From Isurus oxyrinchus (Eukaryota), in assembly GCA_026770705.1 (NCBI GenBank), contig JANJGN010000017.1:30318001-30382000 (forward strand): a DNA stretch of 64,000 bases, in the 5' to 3' direction. This document shows positions 1-12,011 of the stretch, in pieces. The translations under genes and the position numbers were made by a program. Each line of letters begins with the position of its first letter. Positions within the stretch are counted from its first letter, which is position 1. The notes under the pieces are model-generated. The model was given only the letters and a program-made list of their open reading frames with translations. It was not told the DNA's origin and did no database searches.

Positions 1-234
1 ATGAGCACCATACCAAGGCCTGTTGCTCTGAGGATGGTCCTGTGGACTGTTTGAGTCAAAGAGGAACAGCAATTAAAAATTTCAAAAGCTCCTCAAGGAG
101 TATATGGATATTCTTGGAGTGGTAATCAAACACCGCTGGGATTGAATAACATAATGCGTCCAAAGGACTATACTGGGCCCTCGGTGGACCTTATACCAAC
201 TCTAGCAAGGCTGTGAATGACAAAATTTAAGGGT

Positions 235-932
235 AGGCAGCATTTTCCCATCGGCAAGCAGGGCACTTGTCCCAACATCACCACATATCATTCAGATAGT
301 CAGTTCGTTGGACGCGCAGCCGAGTCAGCTGCACACCCGCTGAACTATCAAAGGCCTATTAAGGCCTGTTAAATGTCAAGTAATTAAAGGTATGTAATTA
401 AAAGTAAATAACTAAAAGCTAAATAAAGTAATTAACTGAGCTGCCTGTCCAATCTTAAGGTTGGTGGGCAGGCGAAGAGCCCAGGCAGCCTTTGTATTTT
501 TCATGAAACCTCATCCACGGGTGGGATGAGATTTCATGCAGTGTTTATTATTTAAATAAAAAATTTTGAAATAAATAATGGACATGTCCCAGCTCATGTG
601 ACAGCTTCACATGAGAGGACACGTCCTTAAATTTATTCCCCACCTTTACTCAAATTTCCATAACTTAAATTAATCTCCCTTAGGAACCTCTGTGCCTCAG
701 GGAGATCTCTGCGCTCTTTCGTGTGCATGCGCAAAAGAGCACAGGGAACCACTCAGGGACCCCCCCCCCCCCACCCACACAGGGAGCGCTCAATGCTTCC
801 GGGCATGTGTCACAATGGGCGGGCCTTAATTGGCCCGCCCATGTAAAATGGTGGCGCGGACTTAATCGGGGGCGCTGATCGGGTTCACGCCCGCCCCTGC
901 ACAAGCCCCCTGACGGGTGGAAATTTATGCTC
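235..932 (+). mobile_element. ~650-700 bp non-autonomous DNA transposon (Harbinger-type MITE, family A), older copy
   Basis: Collinear with 60748-61396 (shared gagtcagctgc..aaggcct.ttaaggcc, catgaaacctcatcc..ggatgag, ttaattggcccgcccatg). Degenerate TIRs aggcagcatttt / aaatttatgctc. No clean TSD. Confidence 0.75.
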
Positions 933-1019
933 ATAGTTGTCAGGGCCGATTAACACCAGCAAAGACAATTGATAATGGGACAAATAATACTTCTAAACTA
1001 ACTTTCACACCCACATTGA

Positions 1020-1830
1020 CTTGCATTTTAAAATGATATCAGCAGATCTTCAATTGTTCGCAGTAAGTCCTCTCACCAATGGTCTTTGCCTTACGTTCGT
1101 TTCCACCATGCATCGCCACTTTGACGTGGTGGAGCAGTTCACGAGCTCTGGTGATTCTGTGAGCAATGCCATCAGGAGCTCCTTGCTCTTGGTAGGGCCA
1201 ACCATGGTGGCAAGGTTCAGCAGGGGAGGTGCTGGACAAAGTGCAGTCCAAAAAGTCCTCAACAGCAGAACAGGTGAAGGGAGACTCTGCATCTGACTGG
1301 CTGCGAAGGTGGAAGAAGGCTGCAGCAGTAACATGGTCCTGGTCATCGTGGTTTGACACATCACCAAAATCTGACTACCAACCCATCAAGGTCACATGTC
1401 CACATGTTAAACAAAGTCACTGGTAGGCTCCTACCAGGTTCCATTTATCAAGTCCGATGGCCAATGGAGAATTGGTGACAGAGACAGGGCTTTGAACCTG
1501 GGATCCCCTAGTTAAGAATCTGCACACAGGCCAAGAAGCATGAAGGTTGTTGGACACCTGTTGGAACACAGGTGCCTTTGGGCAGCATTGCCTTCCAGAA
1601 TAGGATGTTGGATGCACTGCCAAAATTCCTCAGGTGTATAAATGAAAGATTTGTGGCACTTCACCTACAACTCAGCCAGAACCAATAAGCCAGTGTGACC
1701 AGTGCTTATGCACTGACCCTTGACTCTGACGAAGATATTAAAGAAAAGTTCTACTCTGATCTTGATGAAGTCCTCACTGCCATCCCAAAAGAGGAAACTA
1801 TTATCTTTCTGGTGACTTTGCCAGGGTTGA
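1020..1830 (+). mobile_element. RTE-clade LINE 5' fragment with degenerate AP-endonuclease sequence
   Basis: 1701-1825 translates, with a frameshift, to SAYALTLDSDEDIKEKFYSDLDEVLTAIPKEETIIF-GDF, matching the RTE endonuclease motif AYAPT...KEKFY..L...GDFNARV. The 5' boundary is a guess. Confidence 0.65.
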
Positions 1831-2271
1831 CTGTAACTCTGACAACATTACCATGATCAGTTGGCCTCTTTGCCCATCTTCCCCAACTATCTTGTCTTTT
1901 ACCCTCTTCTATGATGTATGTATCATCCTGCAATTTCTCTTTCTCTTCTTTTGATCAGCATCCCTGATCTCTTTTCTCCACTTTTCTCCTGATGGATCTG
2001 AGTCTGTTGCCCAAATTTCTTTGTATGATATTTTAATCCATGAATTTTTACTGACTTTGCAAACTGATTCTGTCCTGTCTAGCATTGATTTCTGATCACC
2101 AGACTCTCTTTCTTTCTGACTTGATCTCTTTCTTTCTCCGTCCCCATCTCTTTATCTTGTCAGTTCACTGTGTCTTTATCACTCAAGTTTCTGCCCCTTG
2201 CTACTCTTGATGCTCTCTCTTTACCACAGGGTCTTTGGAGCTCAAACAGCAAGGCCACAAAGAAAGGTTCC

Positions 2272-2764
2272 TGTCAGGTTGGTGCCTAATGCCAATGTTT
2301 GGGGCAGGAGAAAAGGCCAGCTGACTGCATCCAGGCCAGTGTCAGAGTTTGGATGCCATTAGGCATTTGGTGGGGGAATAAGGATTGAGTTAGGGAGCAA
2401 GATTGGCCCTTCCGGCTGCAGAAGGGTAGCTAATGAAACAGAGGTAGTTTAGGACAAAAGCAGGCAGTGCTGGGAGAATTTGAAGCCAAAGTCAAATTGG
2501 CCTTAGGTCAAGAAGCACAAAGGAGCTGGCCCCCAAGAGCAAAATAATGTTAGCGGCAAGATTGGAAAATTTGAGCTGGCTGAAAGCTGGAGGCTGAGTT
2601 GCAAAACCACTACAAAAAATACAGTTCAGGTTGGGGCCACCTTCCGATCCTTGGGCAGTTGAGAGACCAAGAGATACACAACAGCGCTACCTATAATAAA
2701 AAAACATAACCACTACGGGTAAGTTATTCTTAAGTACACAGGCATTTTGGTTAGGGACCTGGCA
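2272..2764 (+). mobile_element. Probable solo LTR (493 bp)
   Basis: Termini TGTCAGGT...ACCTGGCA form an imperfect inverted repeat with TG..CA. Flanks ttcc (2268-2271) and ttac (2765-2768) match at 3 of 4 bases. AATAAA near 2695. Confidence 0.5.
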
Positions 2765-3785
2765 TTACTGCAGGTATGAGAAATGGTCAGGCATGGCACC
2801 GAAAATAAGCTTAATAAGCAGGAACATAGTTATTTTTCACTCTTGGTCAGTTGGAGCGTTCATTAGGACTTAAGCATTATACTCTGCAAATATGCACAAT
2901 GTATTCTCCTGCTACTGAAGTAAAGTTCAGTGGTACCCAACTGCATGCCCAATGTACAATTACTTTATTAAAAACAAGTCTCCTGTGGTCCCACTTTCAG
3001 TAAATCAGTGGAAGTACTGTTTTTAAGACAGGAACATTATGCTGTGGAAAACACAATGAGGAGAATTTCTTCCAAGTTTCTCTTGACCAGGCTTTGGAAG
3101 AGGGTCGGCAGAAGATCCAGTACACACCTTTCCATGACAGTTAAGCAGGAACATCACAATGAATGCATGATTCTGCTGTTAAAGTGTAGGTGTGCGTCCT
3201 TTTTAGGACAAATTCTAACTCACGTTAAGTAAACACAAGGTGAGTTCATTGAAAGGAGAATTGCTATTTCAGTAGGAGATCAGAATTCTGCCTTTGTTTG
3301 TGGGAAGGTCAACCAAGAGAGTATAGAAATTATGCCTGGCTGTTTCCTGTCCTGAAGTTTTTCTGTAAGTTGCAAATGACAATCTTTGTTTCTTGACAAT
3401 ACTTTTCCTGGATATATGGAATTTACATATAAATCCTGTTCTTATCCCCTAACTTATAAACCCTTGTATTTTCTTTAATACTGTCATATCTCACAAGCCC
3501 AATCTGTACACCATTGTGAACAAATAAAGGCAAAGTTCTATTTGACATGCCATTTAATTTTTTTTGTGTCATATAGCTTTCTTCACTCATTAATTTTTTT
3601 TATCTCTTTAATCGACAGGATAAAGGGCTAAGAGTTCTACTGAATAATTTCGATATAACTGAAAATTATACTGACAGAAAATTATTTAATTGTTTGTGGG
3701 ACATAGCCAATATTGATTAGGCAGCATTTAGTGCCCACTTCTAATTATCCTGAGGCTAATACGAATCCAGCACATTATTTCAGCT

Positions 3786-4153
3786 GTGGCCCACTTGGTA
3801 GCACTCTCACTTCTGAGTTCAAGCCCCACTCCAGGGCTTGAGCAGAAAAATCAAGGTACAATACTGAGGGAATGCGGCACTGTCAGAGGTGCTGTTTTTG
3901 AGAAGAGACAGTAAACTGAGTCCTCATCTGCTTGCCTGACACTACTTTGAAGACCACGGGAGTTATCCCAGTGTCCTGGCCAATATTTATCACAAAGACA
4001 ATTGATCTGATCATCACATTGCTGTTTGTGGGAGTTTGCTGTGCACAAATTGGTTGCCACATTACAAGTGACTGCACTTTAAAAGGACTTCATTGATTGT
4101 AAAACAGTTCGAGTAATCTGGTGGCTATGAAAAGCATTATATAAATACAAGTC
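3786..4153 (+). mobile_element. tRNA-derived DeuSINE (SacSINE1/AmnSINE-like)
   Basis: Head gtggcccacttggtagcactctc..gagttcaagccccactcc. Body gggagttatcccagtgtcctggccaatatttatc and cacattgctgtttgtggga..tgctgtgcacaaattgg. Tail tatataaatacaagtc. Reverse copy at 36515-37004. Confidence 0.8.
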
Positions 4154-7100
4154 ACGTGTAGACCAGATCAGGCTTTCTTCCCTGAAGGGCATAAGTGACC
4201 CAGGTAGGTTTCTTGCCACTAGCCAATTAGCAGGTTTTTTTGGTTTAATTTCATAACTGATTTCCTGATCTGTACTATAGCCACTAGGCTGCCACACCCA
4301 TTAAGGCAGGAATTTTCAACAATGCAGCTCCTCCTCTATACTACATGGAATTGCCAGACTAAATTATTGCACAAGTCTATAGTGAAGAACTCTGATTCAG
4401 AGTTGACAGTGTTACCCATTGAGCCAAACTGATATTTATAGCTCTACTTATTCCCATTTTCCATATTAAGGTAGTGAATTAAAGAGAACACAGAATTTAT
4501 TGCCATAATGGAGACATTATATAAGAGGCTAGTTCTTGAATGAAGTTATGCATTTAAGTTTAGAACTCACATGCAGTATACAAATAACTATGTAACTATC
4601 AACAGATAAGCACCAAATGTGCACGTAGCTGTATAAATATTTAAAAGTCAGAGTTCAGAACAAAATTGAGCAATGAAATGTTTTTATACTTTGTGTCATT
4701 ACTAATGATGAATGGATTAGTAATCACGATCAAAGAATATTAATTGGAAAATGCTCTGCTGACAGGAAGTCTTGATCTCTTAACAATAGCATACGTCAAC
4801 TGTATGTTTGTCACGTCTCATTTTATTGATTTCCTGCCATTTTAATTAAAACCATATTTTACATATTTATAAACCTCACTGTCAGTAGCTCTACTTAATT
4901 TTCCATTAGTAAAATGCATCTATTAACTTCTGAGTAGGACCCAAAGGAGCAAATGAGTAATTGCATTAACTGTAGACAGAAATAAACACAATAATCATAT
5001 CATAAAAATTATGTTTTCTGAGGCATTATGGAAAAGTATATCTTATCTGGAATTCATTCACTTGGTCTTGATGCTAAGCAATCACACCCACCAGAAGATG
5101 GGGAACCTTTCAGAATTAAGAGGTTAGCTGAACTCATTTGATATTTCAATGAGACTTTTCTGAATACTCCTTGTTTTATTTGGCTCCCTTATGTTATCTT
5201 GGTCAGGAAATGGGACCAGCTGAGTAGTTAGCAGATATTGAAAATCTATATGTGCCATTCATTTAGGTGTAGTTCTGAGCTACTAGGCTAATCCTATTGT
5301 CCAAACTGGACTGCTTCACTGCTGCTCAACACTCCATTAGTCAGTATGAAAACTGGCAAAACTATTGCACAGGAGAAAATTTAGTTAGAAATTCATTGCT
5401 CTACTATTGGATCCAGCAACTTAGTCACTCAGAATTCAAAACACTTACTTCTCTATATTCGCCAGTATTTTTTTTAAAGTTTAAAGAGTAACAATCCAAG
5501 CTGATCAAAATGTTCATCAATTAATAAACAGACCAGACTAAATCAGCATTACTGAATCCATGAGGCATTCCCATTTTCAGTAAAAGTCATCCTTCAGCCC
5601 ATGAAAAGTGAAATTGCCAATGACAGGATGTAGAACTTGCAGTTATCTAGAAGTTCCCTTCCTGATCTCAGTTGCACCATCAAAGGGATATTGAGGGCCA
5701 GGTGAAGTGGTTCCCCCGGAAGAGGGACTGAGCTCTCAAGCTCATGGACACAATAGCCAATGGCTACAGCTTCGGTGGCAGGTCTTTATTCTGTTTACTC
5801 AACCAAGGGGTGAAGAAGAGTGAAAATACAGAACAAAAAAATGGAAACAAATGGCAAAGACAATTAAAGTTGCTCTGATAGTAAGCATAATATTTCTATG
5901 TATGACACTGATGTGCAGAACTGCATTACTATACAGCTAAGATAATTTTCAATTACCATGAAGAATTTTGTTCAAAAGGCTGCAAAAATCCACAGGAAAA
6001 TTTCTAATACTAGTAACAGCTTATTAATAGCTGTTTTGTCAACTGTTTGAATAGTTCATATGAAAAACTGTTTCCTTAATTACAGACTAAATATTGAACA
6101 TCTATAACATTTTAACAAGAAGAGCTGTGAAGAGTAAACAGACACAGCTCACATTTATGTAAATCCATCACTTTTTATTTGGAAAACGATAGATGGAAGC
6201 TATTTATCATTTGTTGAATTGAACTTATTGGACAAGGTGTATACCATTAAAGTACTATTGGACTGCACTGCACAAGGTCTAGTATGTGCAGCTATTTTCT
6301 AAAGGGAAACTAATGACATCAAAGCATATAAAATACTTGGAAGAAAGTAGCTTTTAAAGCATTGCAGAATTTTATTGGTTTTCATTCCTCTTCTGTCCAG
6401 GGACATCAAGTATAAAGTTAATTTTATTGCCCATCTCATTTCATATTACTGGGGTCATTCTCAAACAAAATGGCATTTGATGGTAACAGAATACAGTGGG
6501 CATATCAAAGCTCATATTAAACTGTTCTGAGTTTCAGAGAACCTTTGTGAATGTCATACATTTAAACATGATTGATTTATAAACTACAGAAGTTAAAAAA
6601 AATAGAGTTCAAGCAAATATGAAATAATTGGACAAAGCAGAACCCCAGTCTGACCTGCCACAATAAAGCCTTTTCAAGGTTGCCTGCATTATTGAGAAAT
6701 ATGTGCATAATTTCATTTTGTCTACCTTCCAACATACAATGTTAGAAGTTAATTAAATTGCATGTCCATTGTGTTCATCCACTTACAAAGTTAATGATAT
6801 TCTGCTCCTGAATTGAAGAGCATTTTATAAAGCATACACTATGGGACCTGGCAGACAGTACATAGTGCAGTTGAACTCTGTCATATTCCCCAATTACAGA
6901 CCTCCTAATTAGGGCAGAAATGAATGGATTTTTGTTTGACAATTCAAAACGTAACAAGTCACTCTGAGACACAGGGGCATGTGCTAAGCTTATTTTAATA
7001 TGCTGCACTTGCAATGCTCACTGCCATATTTTTATGTGGAGGACTGTATTGATTTTTGGAACAACATAAAATAGAGAGAAAGGATTAACTTTTTTCTCGG

Positions 7101-7339
7101 TGAGGAACAAGCTCCTTCGTACTTTGAAAGGTAAATATTGGCTGCTGTTCTGGGTATTGCTGTTCAAAGATTCACATCCTAGATCCTAGCAGAGGCTGGA
7201 ACTTCAACATACAGAGTAAGAAATTTGGAAAAAACATTGTGCTTTCAATAACAATTAAAAAGGCCATATGAAATCACTGTGGCAAGCCCAGCTGGAAAGT
7301 GGGTCTACTTCACATCATGCTGCTAAAGGACATTTAAGA

Positions 7340-7550
7340 AAGACCTGCTTTCATATAGTGCCTTTCACATACCAAATAGCTTTAAAGCCATTGAAATAGT
7401 TTTAAAGTAGGAAACGTAATACTCAAAAAGGAAATGTTTTCAGGGGTGTGGGGAAAGTCTGGGGGCATTGGGATTAATTGTATAGCTCCATCAAAAAACA
7501 TGTGCACAACAGGTCAAATGGTCTCCTTTTGTGCTGTAAGATTCTATGAT
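7340..7550. mobile_element. SINE tail fragment (minus, ~7340-7410) next to a CR1-type 3' end (plus, ~7440-7550)
   Basis: gacctgctttcatatagtgcctttcac resembles the reverse SINE tail. ggtcaaatggtctccttttgtgctgtaagattctatgat is a CR1-type 3' terminus. Confidence 0.5.
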
Positions 7551-9915
7551 AATCAGCGGACTGCAGCCTCAGCAGAAATGGGAGCCCACAAGAATGAATA
7601 AGGTTCGCTGCAGTACATTTGAGAGAATTTCACCTTTTGCAAAACGTTTCACTTAATATAGCCACCCATTTTATGCCTCAGTACGTGCGGCATATGAGTT
7701 TTGATTTGGATACCAAATGTTCCCAGCCTGACTGAAAATGACAGGAGACAGCACAGCTTAGTCTGCCTATGTGGGGATGAACACCCCCTATTGATTAAGA
7801 AGCAGTGAAGGATTCTGCAAAGCTTACCCTTATAGTAATCGATTAGGGGCGAAAACCTACCAAAGGGAACAAAAGTTGAAAAAGAGGAATACCAGATAAA
7901 ATATGATAAACAACATCATAGAGAATTTACTCATTGGGTTAAAAATGATTTGTTACAGACCCATATTATACATTGAAAGTTTTTATGATTCATTTACAAT
8001 CATCTCCACTCCAAATTGATTGCAGTTTTTATTTGGATGTTTCCTCTTTTATGGCTCCTAAATGAGTTATGACTGTCCCAAGCTTCCAGCAGGCAACAGT
8101 ATATAAATTTATGATTATGTCTGAAAAAGTTTTATTACCAAAGCAAATAAAAGGTTTTTGTCTATTGCCTGTTACCTCTTAATTCAGAATACAAGTCATA
8201 TATTTACCATTTATTTTTATTTTGAGTATGAACAGTTTCTGTAATGTCGTTTAACAAGGAATAAGCTGATCAAAAACTGGTCAAAAACCAATGATTCATA
8301 AGAATTTGCGACTGAAAGCTAAATGAAGAATCCTGAAGAAATTTTAACTGAAATTACTCAAAGGAAGTCAATGCCATTACTACATGAAATACTACAACAC
8401 CAGTTGGTGATAGATAACAGTAAACTCAAACTGTATGCTGGATAAGGGAAGCATCTTTGCTGATTTTTACTGGGGTAAGCTATATCACAACTGATACAGT
8501 GATTTCAATTTTGAGATGCGTGTTATTTCTGATTGTGAATGAAACTGCAATAAAGAATTAGCCTACGGAGACAAATTCCAGCCCAGACTATCAGGTATAT
8601 GCAAGAGTTTGGTGGATGTCAGTGTTAATACTGATCAGTCAGCAGGATTATTCACCTTTGGCTTACATGCATCAAAGCTTTAAAATCACAAATAGGTCAA
8701 TAGATGATAGTGTTTTGAGATTTTCTGCAAAATGCCTGATGTGGAGGGGGCAAATGTGTCACTGCTAAAATTGTTCAGTGTGTTTATCACATTAAAGCAG
8801 GCCTGGTGTATTGGAACTCATTATCTGCCTCTTGGATTAGGAAAGTGAGCATCATTAAGATGAATATATCATTGAGGTAACTATTACAAATGTTGCTTAT
8901 CTCAATTGTTGCACTTGTCTTTAGGGACTCTGATCTATTGCATGCTTTGTAAATGTTGAATCACCCTTTTCTACAGGCCTCAGGATTGTTAGATGTGTTG
9001 TTTAGCCACTCCCTAATGAATTTAGGGTATTGTATGTAAGGTATTAAATATTCCAGAGTGCATCATGACTGGCACATTTTCCTCCACCATCCTATTCTCT
9101 TGTCAGCCTTATGTAACAATAGAAATTAAGAGTAAACCTTGCATTCACCATGCCAGTAATAACATTTGATTTACAAAAATTATATTTTTAGCTGCTGATG
9201 ATGATATAGTTACTTTGGGTGCAATTCAACAGTAGGTTAGTAAGAAGCTTTTTCTGCTAAGAATGAAGGACATTCTTGCACCTGTGCCTCATGGGGATAT
9301 GTAAATGCACCAGTGCAAGTAAGACTTTGTATAGCAAAGATCTGTGTGAGCCATGACTCTGCCCCAATTTTGGGCTATAGTTCCTCAAGTTGAGCCTAGT
9401 ATAAAGATCTGTGTGCATGGAGTTCTGTTCACAGGGCAGAGCTTTCCCAGGCTGTTGGAAGCAGGTTTGGGGTGACAGGAGTGGGCAAGTCCTGGGGAGT
9501 GATGGTTGGGCTGTGATCCCAACATGATCCCGCTCTCCTCTGGCTTTTCCCCGAGTAGCTTTGAAAGTGATTGGGAAATCCCCTTGGATTTGTTGCTAAA
9601 TAATTAAGAACCTGTTCTGTTAAAAAGGCAGTTATGAGCTGGCTTAGCTTTGAATCCTGGATTTCCCAGACACGGAACATGTTTCCTGAACTGCCAGCAA
9701 CTCACCAGGATCAATGAGATGAGTACAGAGTGGGAAGAGCTTCTTCAGGGAAATTGACAAACTGGGAAACCTTTCATCAATTACACTGGAAAGCTCTAGC
9801 CATGGCCATTGAGAGACTAAAAGCAAAATACTGCGGATGCTGGAAATCTGAAACAAAAACAGAAAATGCTGGAAAAATTCAGCAGCTCTGACAGCATCTG
9901 TGGAGAGAAAGACAG

Positions 9916-9955
9916 AGTTAACGTTTCAGAGTCCGTATGACTCTTCTTCAGGGCT
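9916..9955 (-). ncRNA. Minimal type I hammerhead ribozyme motif (PLE-associated)
   Basis: Minus strand reads agcc-CTGAAGA-agagtc-atacg-gactct-GAAA-cg-TT-aact: intact core, perfect 6-bp stem II, palindromic AACGTT in place of stem III. Stem I is mismatched. Confidence 0.7.
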
Positions 9956-10443
9956 AAAGAGAAGTAAAAATGTGATGAAATTTATACTGTTTAAGGGGGG
10001 TCGAGCAGGTGAAGCTGGATAGTAGGCTGACGTTTACTGGAGGCAAAGGAAAGATTGGCAAAGATGTAATGAACAAAAGGACAAAGGGGTGTTAATGGTA
10101 GTGGTACTGGCTAAAAGAGGTGCTTTCCCACCACCGTCCCCTCTCCCCACCCCACCCCACCCCCACCCCACCCCCACTAGGGCCATATGCCACTTGTTCA
10201 TGTTGTTCTTCCCAGAGTGCTTACCCTTGTCCTGCTATTACCACATTCTGCTTTCTGACCTTAATACCACCATCAGCACCTCCTTTAGCCAGTGCCACTA
10301 CCATTAACATTCCCTTTGTCATTTCGTCCATGACGTCTTTGTCAATCTCTCCTTAGCCCTCACCTATTGCTGGCATTCTATCCAGTTTCACCTGCTCCAC
10401 CGCAGTAAACAGTATAAATTTCATCACATTTTTATTTCTTTTT

Positions 10444-10483
10444 AGCTCTGAAGAAGAGTCATACGGACTTTGAAACATTAACT
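10444..10483 (+). ncRNA. Minimal hammerhead ribozyme motif, decayed copy
   Basis: agct-CTGAAGA-agagtc-atacg-gacttt-GAAA-ca-TT-aact. The ACGT palindrome has mutated to ACAT, consistent with CpG decay. Confidence 0.6.
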
Positions 10484-11399
10484 CTGTCTTTCTCTCCACA
10501 GATGCTGTCAGATCTGCTGAGTTTTTCCAGCATTTTCAGTTTTTGTTGCCATTGAGAGACTGCTGTTCAAAGCACTTCTTCTCTCAGACAGCACTTTCAC
10601 CGCTTGTTGGGTGTTTGCCAACTTCTTGGAGGCACTTTGTCTGTCTAGCACTTCACTCACCTTCAGCTCACTTTCTTGCTGCCAGTCTTCAACATGGCAT
10701 GGGAACAGCTTATGCATTTCCACCTCTACTGAGGGCAGCAGCAGAGGCCACACCAACGGCCACTGCTCCAGCAGCAGAAGCAACAACCCTAGCAACAGCA
10801 ACCATTACTTCCTGCTGAAACAAATGCCCATCAGAAGAAGAGAGGAGTGGTTGAAGACTAACATCCAGCTGGAAGGAGCCCAGATCCCTCCAACACAGGG
10901 TCAAGCAGTAGATCAGCTCTCTCAAAGGGTGAGCACCAGTGATTCAGGAGGCTCAGGCTCTTATGACAGTTCATTGCTGATACCTGGCACTTCCTAGAAC
11001 AAGACCTCTTTTCCAGCAAACCAGGTGAAGGCATTACTAATGGTCGATTAAGTGCCTGTCATTGGAGGGCCATCCTGCATCCCCCACACCTCTCCGGGTC
11101 TCTGCCTCTCCCCAGATTGTATGCTCTCTTCTCCAGCAAGGACAGAAATCAGAGAGCTATGGGTGCTCTGCTCCTGTCTGCAGAGTAGGGAAGGATACTA
11201 TTTGTGGAGGCTTACTACACGGGATAGGTTCGAGATTGCAACAGGGTGAGGGTGTGAGTGTTCGTGTTGACTGCTCAGTTGAGGCGCCTGCAGTCAGAAG
11301 AATGAGTGGAGCTGCAAGGTGTGTTGTCCTGAGGCAAGCTGTACAGCAGAATGCAGGGAAAGTCAGAGTGTGGGGCCTGAAAGTGTTATGCCATTCACC

Positions 11400-11640
11400 A
11401 GCCATGCCCTCTTGAGGTCCTGGATCCTCTTGATGCACTGTCTCCAAGGTGGAGGGAGCAGAGTCCGGCTACTGACTTCCTCAGCCTCTTCCGTCCACGC
11501 CTGCTTGATTGGAGAGTTTATCCTCTTCCTCTCAATCTGGGGGCAGCTCGCCTCACTGCAGTCCCTTATATCCCACTGCAGGACCTCCAGGTAAGAGTGA
11601 GAGCATGGGGAGCCTTCCCAAGTCTGCTGTCCATTTGCTG
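11400..11640 (-). pseudogene. Harbinger Myb/SANT-like (trihelix) DNA-binding protein remnant
   Basis: ORF 11363-11671 contains LEVL...IKQAWTEEAEEVSSRTLLPPPWRQCIKRIQDLKR, matching the AW..VA..V......R.W.QC.KR..DL motif. Confidence 0.75.
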
Positions 11641-11791
11641 CAGGCTGAGAAATCCAAACGTTGATGAGCATTTCTGACCTATGTTGTGCTCCCTTTAATT
11701 AGAAATCGTTCCTTTGAAAGAATAGACACAGCAAACCACCCTCTCTCACTCTAACTGGTGGGGAAGCCCAGGGCAGGATGACAATTGCTTT

Positions 11792-12011
11792 AAAACAAAA
11801 ACAGAAAATGCCGGAAAAACTCAGCAGGTCTAGCCGCACCTGGGAAGAGAGGAACAGAGTTAACGTTTCAAGTCTGTATGACCCTTCTTCATACAGACTC
11901 AAAACGTTAACTCTGTTTCTCTCTCCACAGATGCGGCTAGACCTGCTGAGTTTTTCCAGCATTTTCTGTTTTTGTTTCAGATTTCCAGCATCGCAATATC
12001 TTGCTTTTATA
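11792..12011. mobile_element. Short Penelope-like hairpin insertion (220 bp)
   Basis: 11793-11882 pairs with ~11889-11977 almost perfectly. Exact 14-bp TSD atgacaattgcttt at 11778-11791 and 12012-12025. 34-nt tail on the right arm only. Truncated hammerhead at the centre (11858-11891, minus). Confidence 0.9.

Larger units (their letters stand above)
9819..10547. mobile_element. Penelope-like element (PLE) fold-back insertion with inverted pseudo-LTR arms
   Basis: 9852-10124 is the approximate reverse complement of ~10275-10547. Exact 14-bp TSD gccattgagagact at 9805-9818 and 10548-10561. Extra 33-nt tail on the left arm only. Hammerhead motif in both arms. Confidence 0.85.

Noticed and set aside
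9337-9416. 13-bp direct repeat aaagatctgtgtg around a short spacer
   Set aside because: Could be a small local duplication, but the enclosed sequence has no recognisable element features.
10508-10801. ORF starting MLLLGLLLLLL, resembling a signal peptide
   Set aside because: Derived from a cag/caa low-complexity run inside a transposon relic, and it runs into the PLE arm.
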